A stretch of DNA of 64,000 nt, taken from Bryobacterales bacterium (GTDB lineage Bacteria > Acidobacteriota > Terriglobia > Bryobacterales > UBA6623). Both the position numbers and the translations under genes were made by a program. The notes under the pieces are model-generated. The model was given only the letters and a program-made list of their open reading frames with translations. It ran no database searches and was not told the origin of the DNA. Below, in pieces: positions 39,132 to 49,083 of the stretch. How positions within the stretch are numbered: position 1 is the first letter of the stretch; every line of letters starts with the position of its first letter. Location: assembly GCA_965203925.1 (NCBI GenBank), contig OZ241924.1, forward strand, positions 4,971,195 through 5,035,194. The letters are read 5' to 3'.

Positions 39132-39473
39132 TCAGAAGCTGGCGACCGCCTCGGCCTCGTCGGTGTGGGACTCGAAGACCGTGTAGAGCTTCGTGATCTG
39201 CAAGAGATCCTGTACCTTGGCCTGAACGTTCAGCAGCTTGACGACACAGCCGCTGCGCTGGGCCGTGCTGTAGGCCGAAACGAGTTCGCCCAGCCCGGAG
39301 CTGTCTATGTAGCTCACGCCCCCAAGGTTGATGATCACCTTGGTCGCGCCGCCCTCAAGCAGCCCTCGAATGGTGCTGCGCACCTTGCCGGTCTCTTCGC
39401 CCAGCACGATTCGGCCCGCCATGTCGACGATGCTGACGCCGTTCACTTGGCGAACCTCTGTGGATAGACTCAT
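39132..39473 (-). CDS. STAS-domain anti-sigma factor antagonist
   Basis: INLGGVSYIDSSGLGELV (phospho-Ser motif), LLQITKL. Confidence 0.94.
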   Translation of the reverse strand: MSLSTEVRQVNGVSIVDMAGRIVLGEETGKVRSTIRGLLEGGATKVIINLGGVSYIDSSGLGELVSAYSTAQRSGCVVKLLNVQAKVQDLLQITKLYTVFESHTDEAEAVASF

Positions 39474-39497
39474 CGAATTGCCTCCTTGATTGGATGT

Positions 39498-39926
39498 TCA
39501 CGCGCTCTGCGCGCAGTACTTGACCAAACGAACCCTCGTGCCCGAGCCTGAACCCGGGCCAACCTCGACCTCGTCGAAAAATGCCCTCACGATCAGCAGC
39601 CCGCGACCTGACCCACGCATCAACTGCTCGCCCTCAAGCGGATCTGCCACTTGCGACTGGTCAAACCCCTCTCCTTGGTCAGTCACGATCACCTGCATGC
39701 AGTTCTCGTCGATCGAGGCGTCGAAAGAGACGGTCTTCGCGGAACCCAGCTGGTTTCCGTGGCAGATCGCATTGACCATTGTCTCCCGCACACCCATCCC
39801 GATCTGATAGACCTGATCCTCATCGAAGCCGCTGATCTGTGCCATTCGCTCCACGATCAACTCGGCCGCGTCAATGCTGGCTAGCGTACTCTCGAAGTTG
39901 AGGAGCAACTTCCGGCAGTCCGTCAT
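39498..39926 (-). CDS. RsbW-like anti-sigma factor/Ser kinase
   Basis: ETMVNAICHG, VTDQGEGF, GRGLLIV. Confidence 0.92.
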   Translation of the reverse strand: MTDCRKLLLNFESTLASIDAAELIVERMAQISGFDEDQVYQIGMGVRETMVNAICHGNQLGSAKTVSFDASIDENCMQVIVTDQGEGFDQSQVADPLEGEQLMRGSGRGLLIVRAFFDEVEVGPGSGSGTRVRLVKYCAQSA

Positions 39927-40061
39927 CCAGCTCTTACGGGTTGTGGTCGGCGACAGGTCCGACTCAAGCTGCGAACTCGCATTACTCGCACACCTAGGGC
40001 TCGGATGTCAACCCGAGTCCCCAGTGCTAGCATTGTTGAACAAGAACGGAGGGACTTGAGA

Positions 40062-41099
40062 ATGCCGCGTGTCAAAGCTATTCTACTGTCCGCAGCCCTG
40101 CTGAGCTGGGCTTGCGCGAGCGAGGCGCCTGTGCCGGAGCCCGAACCGGGGTCCGGAAGTGTCCACAGTGCGAGCCCGGCACTCGGCGCAATTGTTCCGG
40201 AGGGCGCCCAGGTCGAGAAGCTGGCCGGCGGCATGGGCTTCACGGAAGGCCCGGTGTGGATCAAGGGCGATACGCCGCACCTGCTGTTCAGCGACATACC
40301 GGCGAATGCCATCTACCGCTGGGCGGAGGGCGACAGCCAGGCTTCGGTCTTCTACCAGGACATGTATCGTGGCGAACCGAGAGAAGTGCCGTCCGGGTCG
40401 AATGGCCTGATCCTTGACGCCCAAGGGCGCCTGCTGGCGTGCGAACACGGCAACCGGCGCATCTCTCGGCTGGAGGACGACGAATGGGTCACGGTGGTTG
40501 ACAACTACGAAGGCAGCCGGCTAAACAGCCCCAACGACGCGGCCTGGCACCCCAACGGGTGGCTCTATTTCACGGATCCGCCGTACGGCCTTCCCATGCA
40601 GGACGAGTCGGACGAGAAGGAGTTGGACTTCAACGGGATCTACCGGCTGAACTATGAGACGGGCGAGCTGCAGCTGCTGAACCGGGAGCAGACCAGGCCC
40701 AACGGCATCGGATTCTCCCCCGACGGCAAGACGGCCTACGTCGCAAACTCCGATGCCGCGCGCAAGGTGTGGATGGCGTACGACGTCACCGACGAGGGAC
40801 TGTTCGAGAACGCGCGCGTGTTCTATGACGTGACGGCCGAGCAGGCCCCTGGCCTCCCGGACGGCCTCAAGCTTGACACGGACGGTAACCTCTACTGCAC
40901 GGGGCCCGGCGGGGTCTGGATACTCTCTGCCGCAGGCGAACACTTGGGCACCATCCAGCCGGCCGAGGTGCCAGCGAACGTTGCATGGGGCGATGACGGC
41001 AGCACGCTATACATGACCGCCCGGACAGGACTCTACCGGATCCGGCTGTTGGCGCGCGGACCCATGCCCGCAGACTTGGGATCCGCCGAGGCAGACTGA
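40062..41099 (+). CDS. SMP-30/gluconolactonase family lipoprotein
   Basis: Lipobox SWAC; FTEGPVW, SNGL, NSPND, FTDPPYG, PNGI, PDGLKLD. Confidence 0.94.
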   Translation: MPRVKAILLSAALLSWACASEAPVPEPEPGSGSVHSASPALGAIVPEGAQVEKLAGGMGFTEGPVWIKGDTPHLLFSDIPANAIYRWAEGDSQASVFYQDMYRGEPREVPSGSNGLILDAQGRLLACEHGNRRISRLEDDEWVTVVDNYEGSRLNSPNDAAWHPNGWLYFTDPPYGLPMQDESDEKELDFNGIYRLNYETGELQLLNREQTRPNGIGFSPDGKTAYVANSDAARKVWMAYDVTDEGLFENARVFYDVTAEQAPGLPDGLKLDTDGNLYCTGPGGVWILSAAGEHLGTIQPAEVPANVAWGDDGSTLYMTARTGLYRIRLLARGPMPADLGSAEAD

Positions 41100-41186
41100 C
41101 GAGGCTGTGCGGGCCGGGCGAAGGCTCCGCAGACAGAGCACGTCGCGTCTCGGCCGGAGGTTCACCCTTTGATACCGTGAACCTCG

Positions 41187-43745
41187 ATGAGACCACCGTG
41201 CAAAGCCCACCCATGGCTTCCGACCTGCCTGCTGGCGCTAGCCGCCTGTGGCTCGCCGACAGCGTTTGAGAGCCGCTTCGAACCTGCGACCGAGCGGCCA
41301 TGGCTCGGTGCCGACTACTGGGCGAACCCGCTTCAGGACTGGAGGCTCAACGACGGTCGCATCGAGAACTTCCGGCCTGGCGGCGACCGCAACGTGTTCC
41401 TGCTTACCCGCGAAGTTGGACCAGGATCGGGCGGTTTGGAGATAAGCGTCCGGATGGGCCGCATGGAGGGCGATGAGACCCTGTTGGAGGAGGGTTGGGC
41501 CGGGTTCCGAGTCGGGATCCGCGGCTCGTTCGACGACTATCGGGACAGCGCAGTGCGGGGTGTCGGACTGCACTGCGGCGTGACCGCCGACGGCAGGCTG
41601 TTCATAGGGACACCGAACTCGGAGGCGCCTGTGGTCAGCGGCGCTCTTGGCTCCGGGGCCACGCTCGCATTACGGGCCGAACCGAGCGACGGTGGCAGCA
41701 CGCGGCTGACACTGAGCATCGAGACGGAGGGAGCGGCTGAGTCGGTCTCGGAAGATGTCGACAGCGGATGGCTGACAGGGGGCATTGCGCTGGTCTCCAG
41801 CTCTGGGCCAGTTCCCGAGTCGCCCCCGGACGACCGCCAGGTTCGGGAGACAGGATGGGCCCTTAAGAGGGGCACTCGGGCCGGAGGGACGCTGCAGATT
41901 TGGTTCGACGACTGGCAGGTGTCCGGCAGCCGAGTCACGGCGCATCCGAATAGGGCCCTAGGGCCAGTCATGTTCGCTATGCACACACTCAGCAAGGGAG
42001 TCCTCAAGCTGAACGCCATCTTGGCGCCTGTGGACGCAGAGGGTGCCGAGGCCGACCTAGAGGTCTACGACGGGGCTTGGAAGCGCATTGCACGCGTTGC
42101 TCCAGATCGCGAAGCCCGCACCGCCACGTTCCGGATCCCTGAATGGGACGGCACAAAGGACACTCGATATCGGGTTGCCTACTTGGGAGGCACTTGGGAG
42201 GGCACGGTCCGACGCGATCCGGTCGACAAGGACGAGATCGTCGTGGCAGCGTTCACCGGGAACAACGATCTAGGCTTCCCCCACGCCGACATAGTGCGAA
42301 ATATCCGGCACCACGCGCCCGACCTGATGGCCTTCACGGGCGACAACGTCTATGAGCGCGTTGGCGAGTACGGCATTGTGCGCGAGCCGACCGACATAGC
42401 AATCCTCGACTATCTGCGCAAGTGGTACATCTTCGGCTGGGAGTACGGCGAACTGCTGCGGGAGATCCCCACAGTGGCCCTCCCCGACGACCATGACGTC
42501 TATCAAGGGAACATTTGGGGAGCCGGGGGCCGCAAGGCCCACGGATACGGCAAGCCGGGCCAGGACCAAGGGGGATACGTCATGGATCCGCGATTCGTGC
42601 ATGCCGTGCAGACGACCCAGACCGCGAACATGCCCGACCCTTACGATCCGACACCGGTCGATCAGGGCATCGCGGTCTACTACACCGACCTGCTTTACGG
42701 CGGCGTGAGCTTCGCCATCATCGAAGACCGCAAGTGGAAGGACTCCGCAACCGCGCTGATCGGCCCAGGCATCATCAACGGCTGGGCACAGGATCCGAAG
42801 TACGATGCTCGCAAGAGTTCCGACAATCCGGACTTCCCGCTGTTGGGCGAGCGTCAGGAGACGTTCCTTGAAGCTTGGGCCCAAGACTGGGAAGGGGCAT
42901 GGATGAAGGCTGCAATCTCGCAGACGATCTTCGCCAATGTCTGCACGCTCCCTGCCGGGGCGACGACGGATGCCATCACAGGGCAACTGCGCGTGAACGC
43001 GCCCGGGGAGTACCCGGACGGGGAAGAGCCAGTTCAGGACCACGACTCCAATGGCTGGCCCCAATCGGGCCGCAATCGTGCACTGCGGCTCCTGCGCAAG
43101 GCCTCTGCCGTGCACATCGCCGGGGACCAGCACCTCGGCAGCACCGTGCAGTACGGGGTCGAGGACTGGAACGACGCCAGTTGGGCGATCTGTGTGCCGT
43201 CGGTGGCGAACATCTTTCCAAGGCGCTGGTTCCCGACCCAAGCGGGGCGGAACCGGAAGCCCGACGCGCCGCGCAACACGGGGGAGTACCTAGACGGCTT
43301 CGGGAACAAGGTGACCATCCACGCGGTGTCCAATCCCGCGACCAACGGGATTGAGCCGACGGCCCTCAACCACCGTGCCCCGGGGTACGGGATCATTAGG
43401 TTTAGGCGCGATGATCGGTCGATCGAGTTCGCGAACTGGCCGCGGTGGGTCGATGCCTCCGAGCCCGACGCTAGACCATACGCCGGATGGCCAATCCGTG
43501 TCGCGCAGGCCGACAGCGGCCTACCGAAGGGCCTCTCGCTGCCGGCGATCGACGCAGAGGGCAAGGTCGATCCCGTGGTCCAAGTTGTGGACGAGGCTGA
43601 CGGCGAGATCGTCTACACGTACCGCATCCAAGGGAGCGACTTCACACCACGGGTCCGCAAGCCCGGACGGTACACAGTGCGCGTGTTCGACCCCGAAACG
43701 GGAGAGCCGTCAGAAACCACTGGGCAAGAAGCCGTAGCGGAGTAG
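41187..43745 (+). CDS. PhoD-like metallophosphatase lipoprotein
   Basis: Lipobox LAAC; FTGDNVYE, PDDHDV, HIAGDQH. Confidence 0.85.
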   Translation: MRPPCKAHPWLPTCLLALAACGSPTAFESRFEPATERPWLGADYWANPLQDWRLNDGRIENFRPGGDRNVFLLTREVGPGSGGLEISVRMGRMEGDETLLEEGWAGFRVGIRGSFDDYRDSAVRGVGLHCGVTADGRLFIGTPNSEAPVVSGALGSGATLALRAEPSDGGSTRLTLSIETEGAAESVSEDVDSGWLTGGIALVSSSGPVPESPPDDRQVRETGWALKRGTRAGGTLQIWFDDWQVSGSRVTAHPNRALGPVMFAMHTLSKGVLKLNAILAPVDAEGAEADLEVYDGAWKRIARVAPDREARTATFRIPEWDGTKDTRYRVAYLGGTWEGTVRRDPVDKDEIVVAAFTGNNDLGFPHADIVRNIRHHAPDLMAFTGDNVYERVGEYGIVREPTDIAILDYLRKWYIFGWEYGELLREIPTVALPDDHDVYQGNIWGAGGRKAHGYGKPGQDQGGYVMDPRFVHAVQTTQTANMPDPYDPTPVDQGIAVYYTDLLYGGVSFAIIEDRKWKDSATALIGPGIINGWAQDPKYDARKSSDNPDFPLLGERQETFLEAWAQDWEGAWMKAAISQTIFANVCTLPAGATTDAITGQLRVNAPGEYPDGEEPVQDHDSNGWPQSGRNRALRLLRKASAVHIAGDQHLGSTVQYGVEDWNDASWAICVPSVANIFPRRWFPTQAGRNRKPDAPRNTGEYLDGFGNKVTIHAVSNPATNGIEPTALNHRAPGYGIIRFRRDDRSIEFANWPRWVDASEPDARPYAGWPIRVAQADSGLPKGLSLPAIDAEGKVDPVVQVVDEADGEIVYTYRIQGSDFTPRVRKPGRYTVRVFDPETGEPSETTGQEAVAE

Positions 43746-43761
43746 GCCCGACTGGCACCGG

Positions 43762-44502
43762 CTACCCTGCGTTGCGGGAACGGACTCTGGTCCGAAGCGC
43801 CTGCAACCTGCGACCCAACTCCTGCCGGGCGGCGCTGAATCCGCTGACGCTCACGTCGCCGGCATTGCAGTAGTCGATCACTACCGCCTCCGCCGCACAG
43901 AATTCCTCGCAAACGTCAGCCACATCAGATGCGATCTCGCCCGGAATGTTCGTGACGCCGTTCTGATCGGCGTGCAGCAGGTCACCCGGATAGACGGCAA
44001 GGCCGCCCACGTGCACTGGGATCTGGAACTCCAGGAATTGGGGGAACCCGTGCGAGCTGATCACGCCGTCGGCGAAGCACGGAAGACCCACATCCCGGAC
44101 TTGGTCCAGATCACGGCCTGCCCCGCTGGTGATCATCCCGACTGCCCCGAACGCCTTGTAAGCCGAGGCCATGACCTCTCCGAAGGTGGCTGATCGGACC
44201 GGCGAGTCCAGATCCTGAATCACCACAAATGGAGGGGCGGGAACCTCCGAGAAGCGCTCAAGCTGTTCGTCAAGCGTACCGTAGGCAGCGGCGCCCCACG
44301 GCCGCATGGCCGATCGGAAAGTTGCGGTGGAAGCGTAGCCGCAGACCGGCGCCATTTCGGGGAAGCATGCGCGGATTCGGGCGTCCATGTAGCCCTCTGC
44401 TTGCGAGCGGACGGCGAAGAGCTCGATGACGTTGCAGACGGTCGGGGTGTCGAAGCTGCGCAGCTTGCGCAGGACATCGGGGGAGATCTGTGGTACGGCC
44501 AT
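43762..44502 (-). CDS. RraA/HMG aldolase family protein
   Basis: DTPTVCN, FGEVM, ITSGAGRD, PGDLLHADQNGV. Confidence 0.9.
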   Translation of the reverse strand: MAVPQISPDVLRKLRSFDTPTVCNVIELFAVRSQAEGYMDARIRACFPEMAPVCGYASTATFRSAMRPWGAAAYGTLDEQLERFSEVPAPPFVVIQDLDSPVRSATFGEVMASAYKAFGAVGMITSGAGRDLDQVRDVGLPCFADGVISSHGFPQFLEFQIPVHVGGLAVYPGDLLHADQNGVTNIPGEIASDVADVCEEFCAAEAVVIDYCNAGDVSVSGFSAARQELGRRLQALRTRVRSRNAG

Positions 44503-44576
44503 GTGGCCCATGGTATTTCATCCCAGCGCCCACGGCACGGCCCGTCTCGAAGCTGAGTTCGGACTACAATCGGCGC

Positions 44577-47072
44577 GTGCCCAATCCGATCCGCATCACC
44601 GCTATCGCTTCGCTGTTGACATTGGCCTGGCTGTGTGCCGACGGGATCCCTTGGAGGCCGGGCCCCAAGGCAGCTGTCGGGGAATCTCTCCCTTGGGGCG
44701 CGACCGAGCCCACCTGGTCTCCCGACGGGGAGGCCATCGCCTTTTCCCTGTTCGGGAGCATCTGGACAGTGCCGGTGGGTGGAGGAACAGCCGTTCAGCT
44801 GACTACGTCAGAGGGATTCCACGACCACCCGTCGTGGTCTCCGGACGGATCTTCGATCGCGTACATCAAGGGCCGGAATCCTCGAGGGCCCTTCGCCAAG
44901 ATTCAGGGATCGCTCGCGATCGTGGACGTCGCTACCGGTTCGGAGCGTACCGTCACGCTTCCCGGACCAACGGGCGGAACGCCTGACTGGTCATCCGACG
45001 GGCGCCTCGTGTACTGCCCGGTCGTGCTGCCGGGCACGGGCGCCCTATTGCACTCGGTCGACCCCTCACAGGCGGAGGGCACGCCCATGGCGCTGCACTC
45101 TAGGCCCCAGCGCGGTCCTGCCGGGCCATGGATCGAAGTCTCGGGCGGCCCTGATTCCGTCCTGTTCGCAGGCCAGCGCGCCGGGACACCGCAAGTGTGG
45201 GCCCTTCCTGCCCGGCGCTCCGGCTTCACAATCCAGACTCCCCTCACCCGCTACCTGCCGGAGCACATCGTCAACCTCGGCGGGGTCAGCGCCACGGAGG
45301 ACGGTGGAGCCATCTACTCGGCCGACCTGATCAACGGCCCTGGCAACTACGAGCTCTACCGGGTGCCGGCAGACGGCGGTGGGCCTTTGGCGCTCACCAC
45401 CACGCCTCGCCACGAGTTGGCGCCGGACGTGTCACCTGACGGGTCGCGGATCGCGTTCGCGTCAAACGTCCTCGGCAATATCGACCTGTTCACGATGCCG
45501 TCCGGTGGCGGCGACGCCCAGCACGTCGTGATCGACGGACTCAGATTCCGCAACCAATCTGGCCGGGTGCGCGTGAAGGTGCTGGACGAGCTTGGGAAGC
45601 TGACGGCTGCACGACTCTATGTCCAAGCCTCGGACGGCAAGGGATATGCTCCCCGCGGCGAGCCGATCTTCTACTACCCCCTCGAGCCGATTGATGTTCC
45701 CCGTCGGCGCGACGCATTCTTCGTCGTGATGGGCGAAGCGGACTTCGACGTCCCGGCCGGAACCCTGAAGCTTTCCGTCGTCCGAGGGTACGAGTACAGG
45801 CTCAGCAGCAAGAGCGTGGACATCGAGGCCGGAGGGACCACGGATGTCACGGTCCAGCTGGAGCGCTGGACAAACTGGAACCAGAGGGGCTGGTACTCGG
45901 GCGAGAACCACTTCCACGCCAACTACCTCGGAAGCTACTACCAAAGGCCTCCGCAGTCCCTCGTCTGGCTCAAGGCCATGGATCTGAACGCGGCGAACAT
46001 GATCGTCGCCAACGCCGCGGGCGCGTTCGTGCACGACAAGGAGTTTTTCACCGGTGCTGTAAGCAACCTCTCTACAGAGCGCCACTTTCTGTACTGGGGC
46101 CAAGAGTACCGCAACAGCGATCCGCTCGGCCACATGGGTTTCCTGAACATCAAGCGGCTTGTGCCGCCGTCCTATACAAGCGTCATCGGCAGCGATTCGC
46201 CCTACGACTTCCCGCTGAACACGATGGCCGCGATGCAAGCCCGAGACCAAGGGGGGCTGGTCACATACATGCATCCGATCGGGGGGGCCACGAGAGACGT
46301 CTTCGACACCAATCTTGGCGCGAAGGAGAGCGTTGTCACGGCTGCGCTGGGAGCGCTGGACACGATGGACCTGCTTCCCTACGGCGATGCAGCGTACGAG
46401 CTCTGGTATACCCTGCAGAATTGCGGTTTCCGCATCGCCGCCGGGGCGGGCACAGACGCGTTCACGAACTGGCGGGGCATCAATCGCGTTCCCGGCGGCA
46501 GCAGACAGTATGTCCATGTCGGCGGCGCCATGAGCTGGCAGCGCTGGATCGACCGCTACCGAGAGGGGCGCTCATTCGCAACGACCGGGCCACTGCTGAC
46601 GTTCGACGTCAACGGCAGCGGAATGGGCGAGGAGATCCGCTTCAATCCCGGTTCGACCTACCGAGCTACCCTTCGGGCGGACGTGATGTCCCGCACGCCC
46701 ATTGATCGGGTCGAGCTCATCCAGAATGGCCGGGTGATAGAGAGTGCCGATGCCGGTGCAGCGGACCGATTCCGCCTAGAGAAGGAAGTGCTGGTCAACG
46801 AGTCCAGTTGGTTCGCCGCCCGGGTATACGGCCCCGGAGCGCCTGGCCTGACGACACGTGCCCTTGCCCACTCCAGTGCGGTGTACGTGACAGCTGGAGG
46901 GAAGCCGGTTCTGGTCCGAGAGGACCTCGAAATTGCCCTCCGGTGGATCGACCGGCTGTGGGGCTACCTAGTCGAGCGCAACAACTTCGGGCCGACGGGG
47001 AACCGTGAGGCCGCGAAAGCAATGATCGACCAGGCGCGGCAGCACTACGAGAACCAGCTCGCTCAGCTTTGA
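44577..47072 (+). CDS. PD40-repeat + CehA/McbA-type PHP metallohydrolase
   Basis: PTWSPDG/PSWSPDG/PDVSPDG repeats; WYSGENHFH, GQEYR, LGH, YMHP, AGTD, GRSFATTGP. Confidence 0.87.
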   Translation: MPNPIRITAIASLLTLAWLCADGIPWRPGPKAAVGESLPWGATEPTWSPDGEAIAFSLFGSIWTVPVGGGTAVQLTTSEGFHDHPSWSPDGSSIAYIKGRNPRGPFAKIQGSLAIVDVATGSERTVTLPGPTGGTPDWSSDGRLVYCPVVLPGTGALLHSVDPSQAEGTPMALHSRPQRGPAGPWIEVSGGPDSVLFAGQRAGTPQVWALPARRSGFTIQTPLTRYLPEHIVNLGGVSATEDGGAIYSADLINGPGNYELYRVPADGGGPLALTTTPRHELAPDVSPDGSRIAFASNVLGNIDLFTMPSGGGDAQHVVIDGLRFRNQSGRVRVKVLDELGKLTAARLYVQASDGKGYAPRGEPIFYYPLEPIDVPRRRDAFFVVMGEADFDVPAGTLKLSVVRGYEYRLSSKSVDIEAGGTTDVTVQLERWTNWNQRGWYSGENHFHANYLGSYYQRPPQSLVWLKAMDLNAANMIVANAAGAFVHDKEFFTGAVSNLSTERHFLYWGQEYRNSDPLGHMGFLNIKRLVPPSYTSVIGSDSPYDFPLNTMAAMQARDQGGLVTYMHPIGGATRDVFDTNLGAKESVVTAALGALDTMDLLPYGDAAYELWYTLQNCGFRIAAGAGTDAFTNWRGINRVPGGSRQYVHVGGAMSWQRWIDRYREGRSFATTGPLLTFDVNGSGMGEEIRFNPGSTYRATLRADVMSRTPIDRVELIQNGRVIESADAGAADRFRLEKEVLVNESSWFAARVYGPGAPGLTTRALAHSSAVYVTAGGKPVLVREDLEIALRWIDRLWGYLVERNNFGPTGNREAAKAMIDQARQHYENQLAQL

Positions 47073-47119
47073 AATCGGCCCTGCATGCTGGCGAGCGTCG
47101 CAAGGTGGAGGGCCGACGC

Positions 47120-48946
47120 TCAGCGTCCGTCTGTGTGGCCAAAGCCGTCTTGGTCGGCCTTAGAGATGCGCAGGCGATTAAGCGCCATAAGGTCCCTGCC
47201 CCGCGAGGACACCACCCGCACGCTCAGCTCCGTCACGCCCTCGGGCAGCTGCAGGGTCCCTGCATCGTGGGATTCGAAGAACGTGCGGCCCGGGGTTGGC
47301 CGCACCCTTCCTCTCAACTCCGCGCCAGCCGCGGCGACGGCGAACTCCCCGCCTGCGTCTCGGTGCTCGCAGCCATACACAAGCGTGATTCGGTACTCTC
47401 CGGCCTGAGCGACGTCGATCTTCCAACGAACTGACTCTCCGGGCTCTCGCCAGCCCTCGATCGTGTCCCAGTAGTACGCCCCGAATGTGTAGACCGTTGA
47501 TTCCTCGACAGCTTGGTCACCCACGGGCGCAGGCGGCACGGGGCCGCGGTGACGCGGCATGACCACGCTGGCGTGCTGTCCCTTGTGACGGGCCCAGCTC
47601 GGCATCAGGTCAACCGGGTCCTCCAGCTCATCCCCGACCGGTACGGGTACTGGCTCGAACGTTTTGCCGCTGGCCGCTTCGTCCAGCCATTCCAGGAAGT
47701 CGCGCCGCATGGCCGCGGCGATTCCCGGCTGCTGCGCCGCTATGTCTCGCTGCTCGCCAGGATCTGCCGACAAGTCGTACAGCTCGTCCCCAACCAGCTT
47801 GAAGCGTTTACCAGCGATCGCCCATCTTGACTCTGGGCTGGGACGGTGGCGGTCCCAGATGTGGACCAGGCTCTCGTGGGGGCTCAGCTCTGTCTTGGCT
47901 TCCAAGAGCGGAAGCAGGCTCTTCCCATCGAGCGCACGGCCTGAGGGATGTGCACTTCCCGCCATCTCGAGGAAGGTCGGGAATATATCGAGATGAGATC
48001 CACGAGCGTCGGTGGCTCGCCCCGGCTCGAACCTTCCCGGCCAGCGGGCGAAGAACGGCGAGAGCACGCCTCCCTCGTATACGGACCCCTTCCCTCCCCG
48101 CAAGCCGGCCCGGAAGTGACGGCTGACGCCGCCATTGTCGCTGATGAAGAAGACTGCAGTGCGATCTCGGATTCCCTCAGCATCGATCACGCCCAGCAGC
48201 CGGCCTATAGCGGCGTCGCACTGTTCCAGAAGTCCGTAAATCCGAGCGTCAGCGCTGGCGACGCCCTTGCTGAGGTACTTCTCGTGGAGAGCGTCGGAGA
48301 CGATCAGGGGCGTATGTGGGACGTTGTACGCAAGGTAAAGAAAGAATGGTCGCTCATCGCGCGAGCGGACGAACGAGGACGCTGCGTCGGTCAGCACATC
48401 CGTGATGTGCCCGCGGACATGGACGCGGCGGCCGTTTCGCAGGAGTGCGTCGGGTTCCCAGTAGCGCTCCGTGTGGCCAGCCGTGAAATAGATCGCCTCG
48501 TCGAATCCCCGCTGGTCCGGGTGGTAGCGCCTGTACTCCCCAAGGTGCCACTTGCCGAACATTCCGGTCCGATACCCAGCGTCGCGGAGCAGGTTCGCGA
48601 TTGTCTGCTCCCGAAGATGCAGAGTGTCACCGCCGAAACGTGTGTTGTAGACACCGGTCCGCAGGTAGTGACGCCCCGTCAACAGGCCCGCACGCGTGGG
48701 TGCGCAGACCGGCTGGACATAGAATCGTCTGATCTCGACGCCTTCGGCGGCAAGCCGGTCCAAGTTTGGTGTCTCAATGTCCTTGTTCCCGTGGCCGCTC
48801 AGATCCCACCAGCCTTGGTCGTCGGTCACGATCAGGACGATGTTCGGGGGTGTGTCGGCCACGGCGAGCAGTCCCTGAACCGGAAAAAGGGCGAGCGTAA
48901 GGGCAGCCGCGATCCGAATCCGTTCTCGGGCAACACACGAGGGCAC
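47120..48946 (-). CDS. Arylsulfatase with C-terminal CBM-like beta-sandwich
   Basis: PNIVLIVTDDQG, CAPTR, GKWHLG, ISDNG, GGKGSVYEGG; start 48946 or 48994. Confidence 0.93.
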   Translation of the reverse strand: MPSCVARERIRIAAALTLALFPVQGLLAVADTPPNIVLIVTDDQGWWDLSGHGNKDIETPNLDRLAAEGVEIRRFYVQPVCAPTRAGLLTGRHYLRTGVYNTRFGGDTLHLREQTIANLLRDAGYRTGMFGKWHLGEYRRYHPDQRGFDEAIYFTAGHTERYWEPDALLRNGRRVHVRGHITDVLTDAASSFVRSRDERPFFLYLAYNVPHTPLIVSDALHEKYLSKGVASADARIYGLLEQCDAAIGRLLGVIDAEGIRDRTAVFFISDNGGVSRHFRAGLRGGKGSVYEGGVLSPFFARWPGRFEPGRATDARGSHLDIFPTFLEMAGSAHPSGRALDGKSLLPLLEAKTELSPHESLVHIWDRHRPSPESRWAIAGKRFKLVGDELYDLSADPGEQRDIAAQQPGIAAAMRRDFLEWLDEAASGKTFEPVPVPVGDELEDPVDLMPSWARHKGQHASVVMPRHRGPVPPAPVGDQAVEESTVYTFGAYYWDTIEGWREPGESVRWKIDVAQAGEYRITLVYGCEHRDAGGEFAVAAAGAELRGRVRPTPGRTFFESHDAGTLQLPEGVTELSVRVVSSRGRDLMALNRLRISKADQDGFGHTDGR

Positions 48947-49083
48947 ATTCCACCGGGCCGCGCGCCGGGCCACCTGGCGTCCGACCTCTTGCATGCAGCC
49001 GTGCACGAACAGGACCGTTCCTCGGCAGCCAGACGGCGCCGAGACTGTCCGCTTGCGCGGTTCGAGGCCTCCCGGCGGGCGCA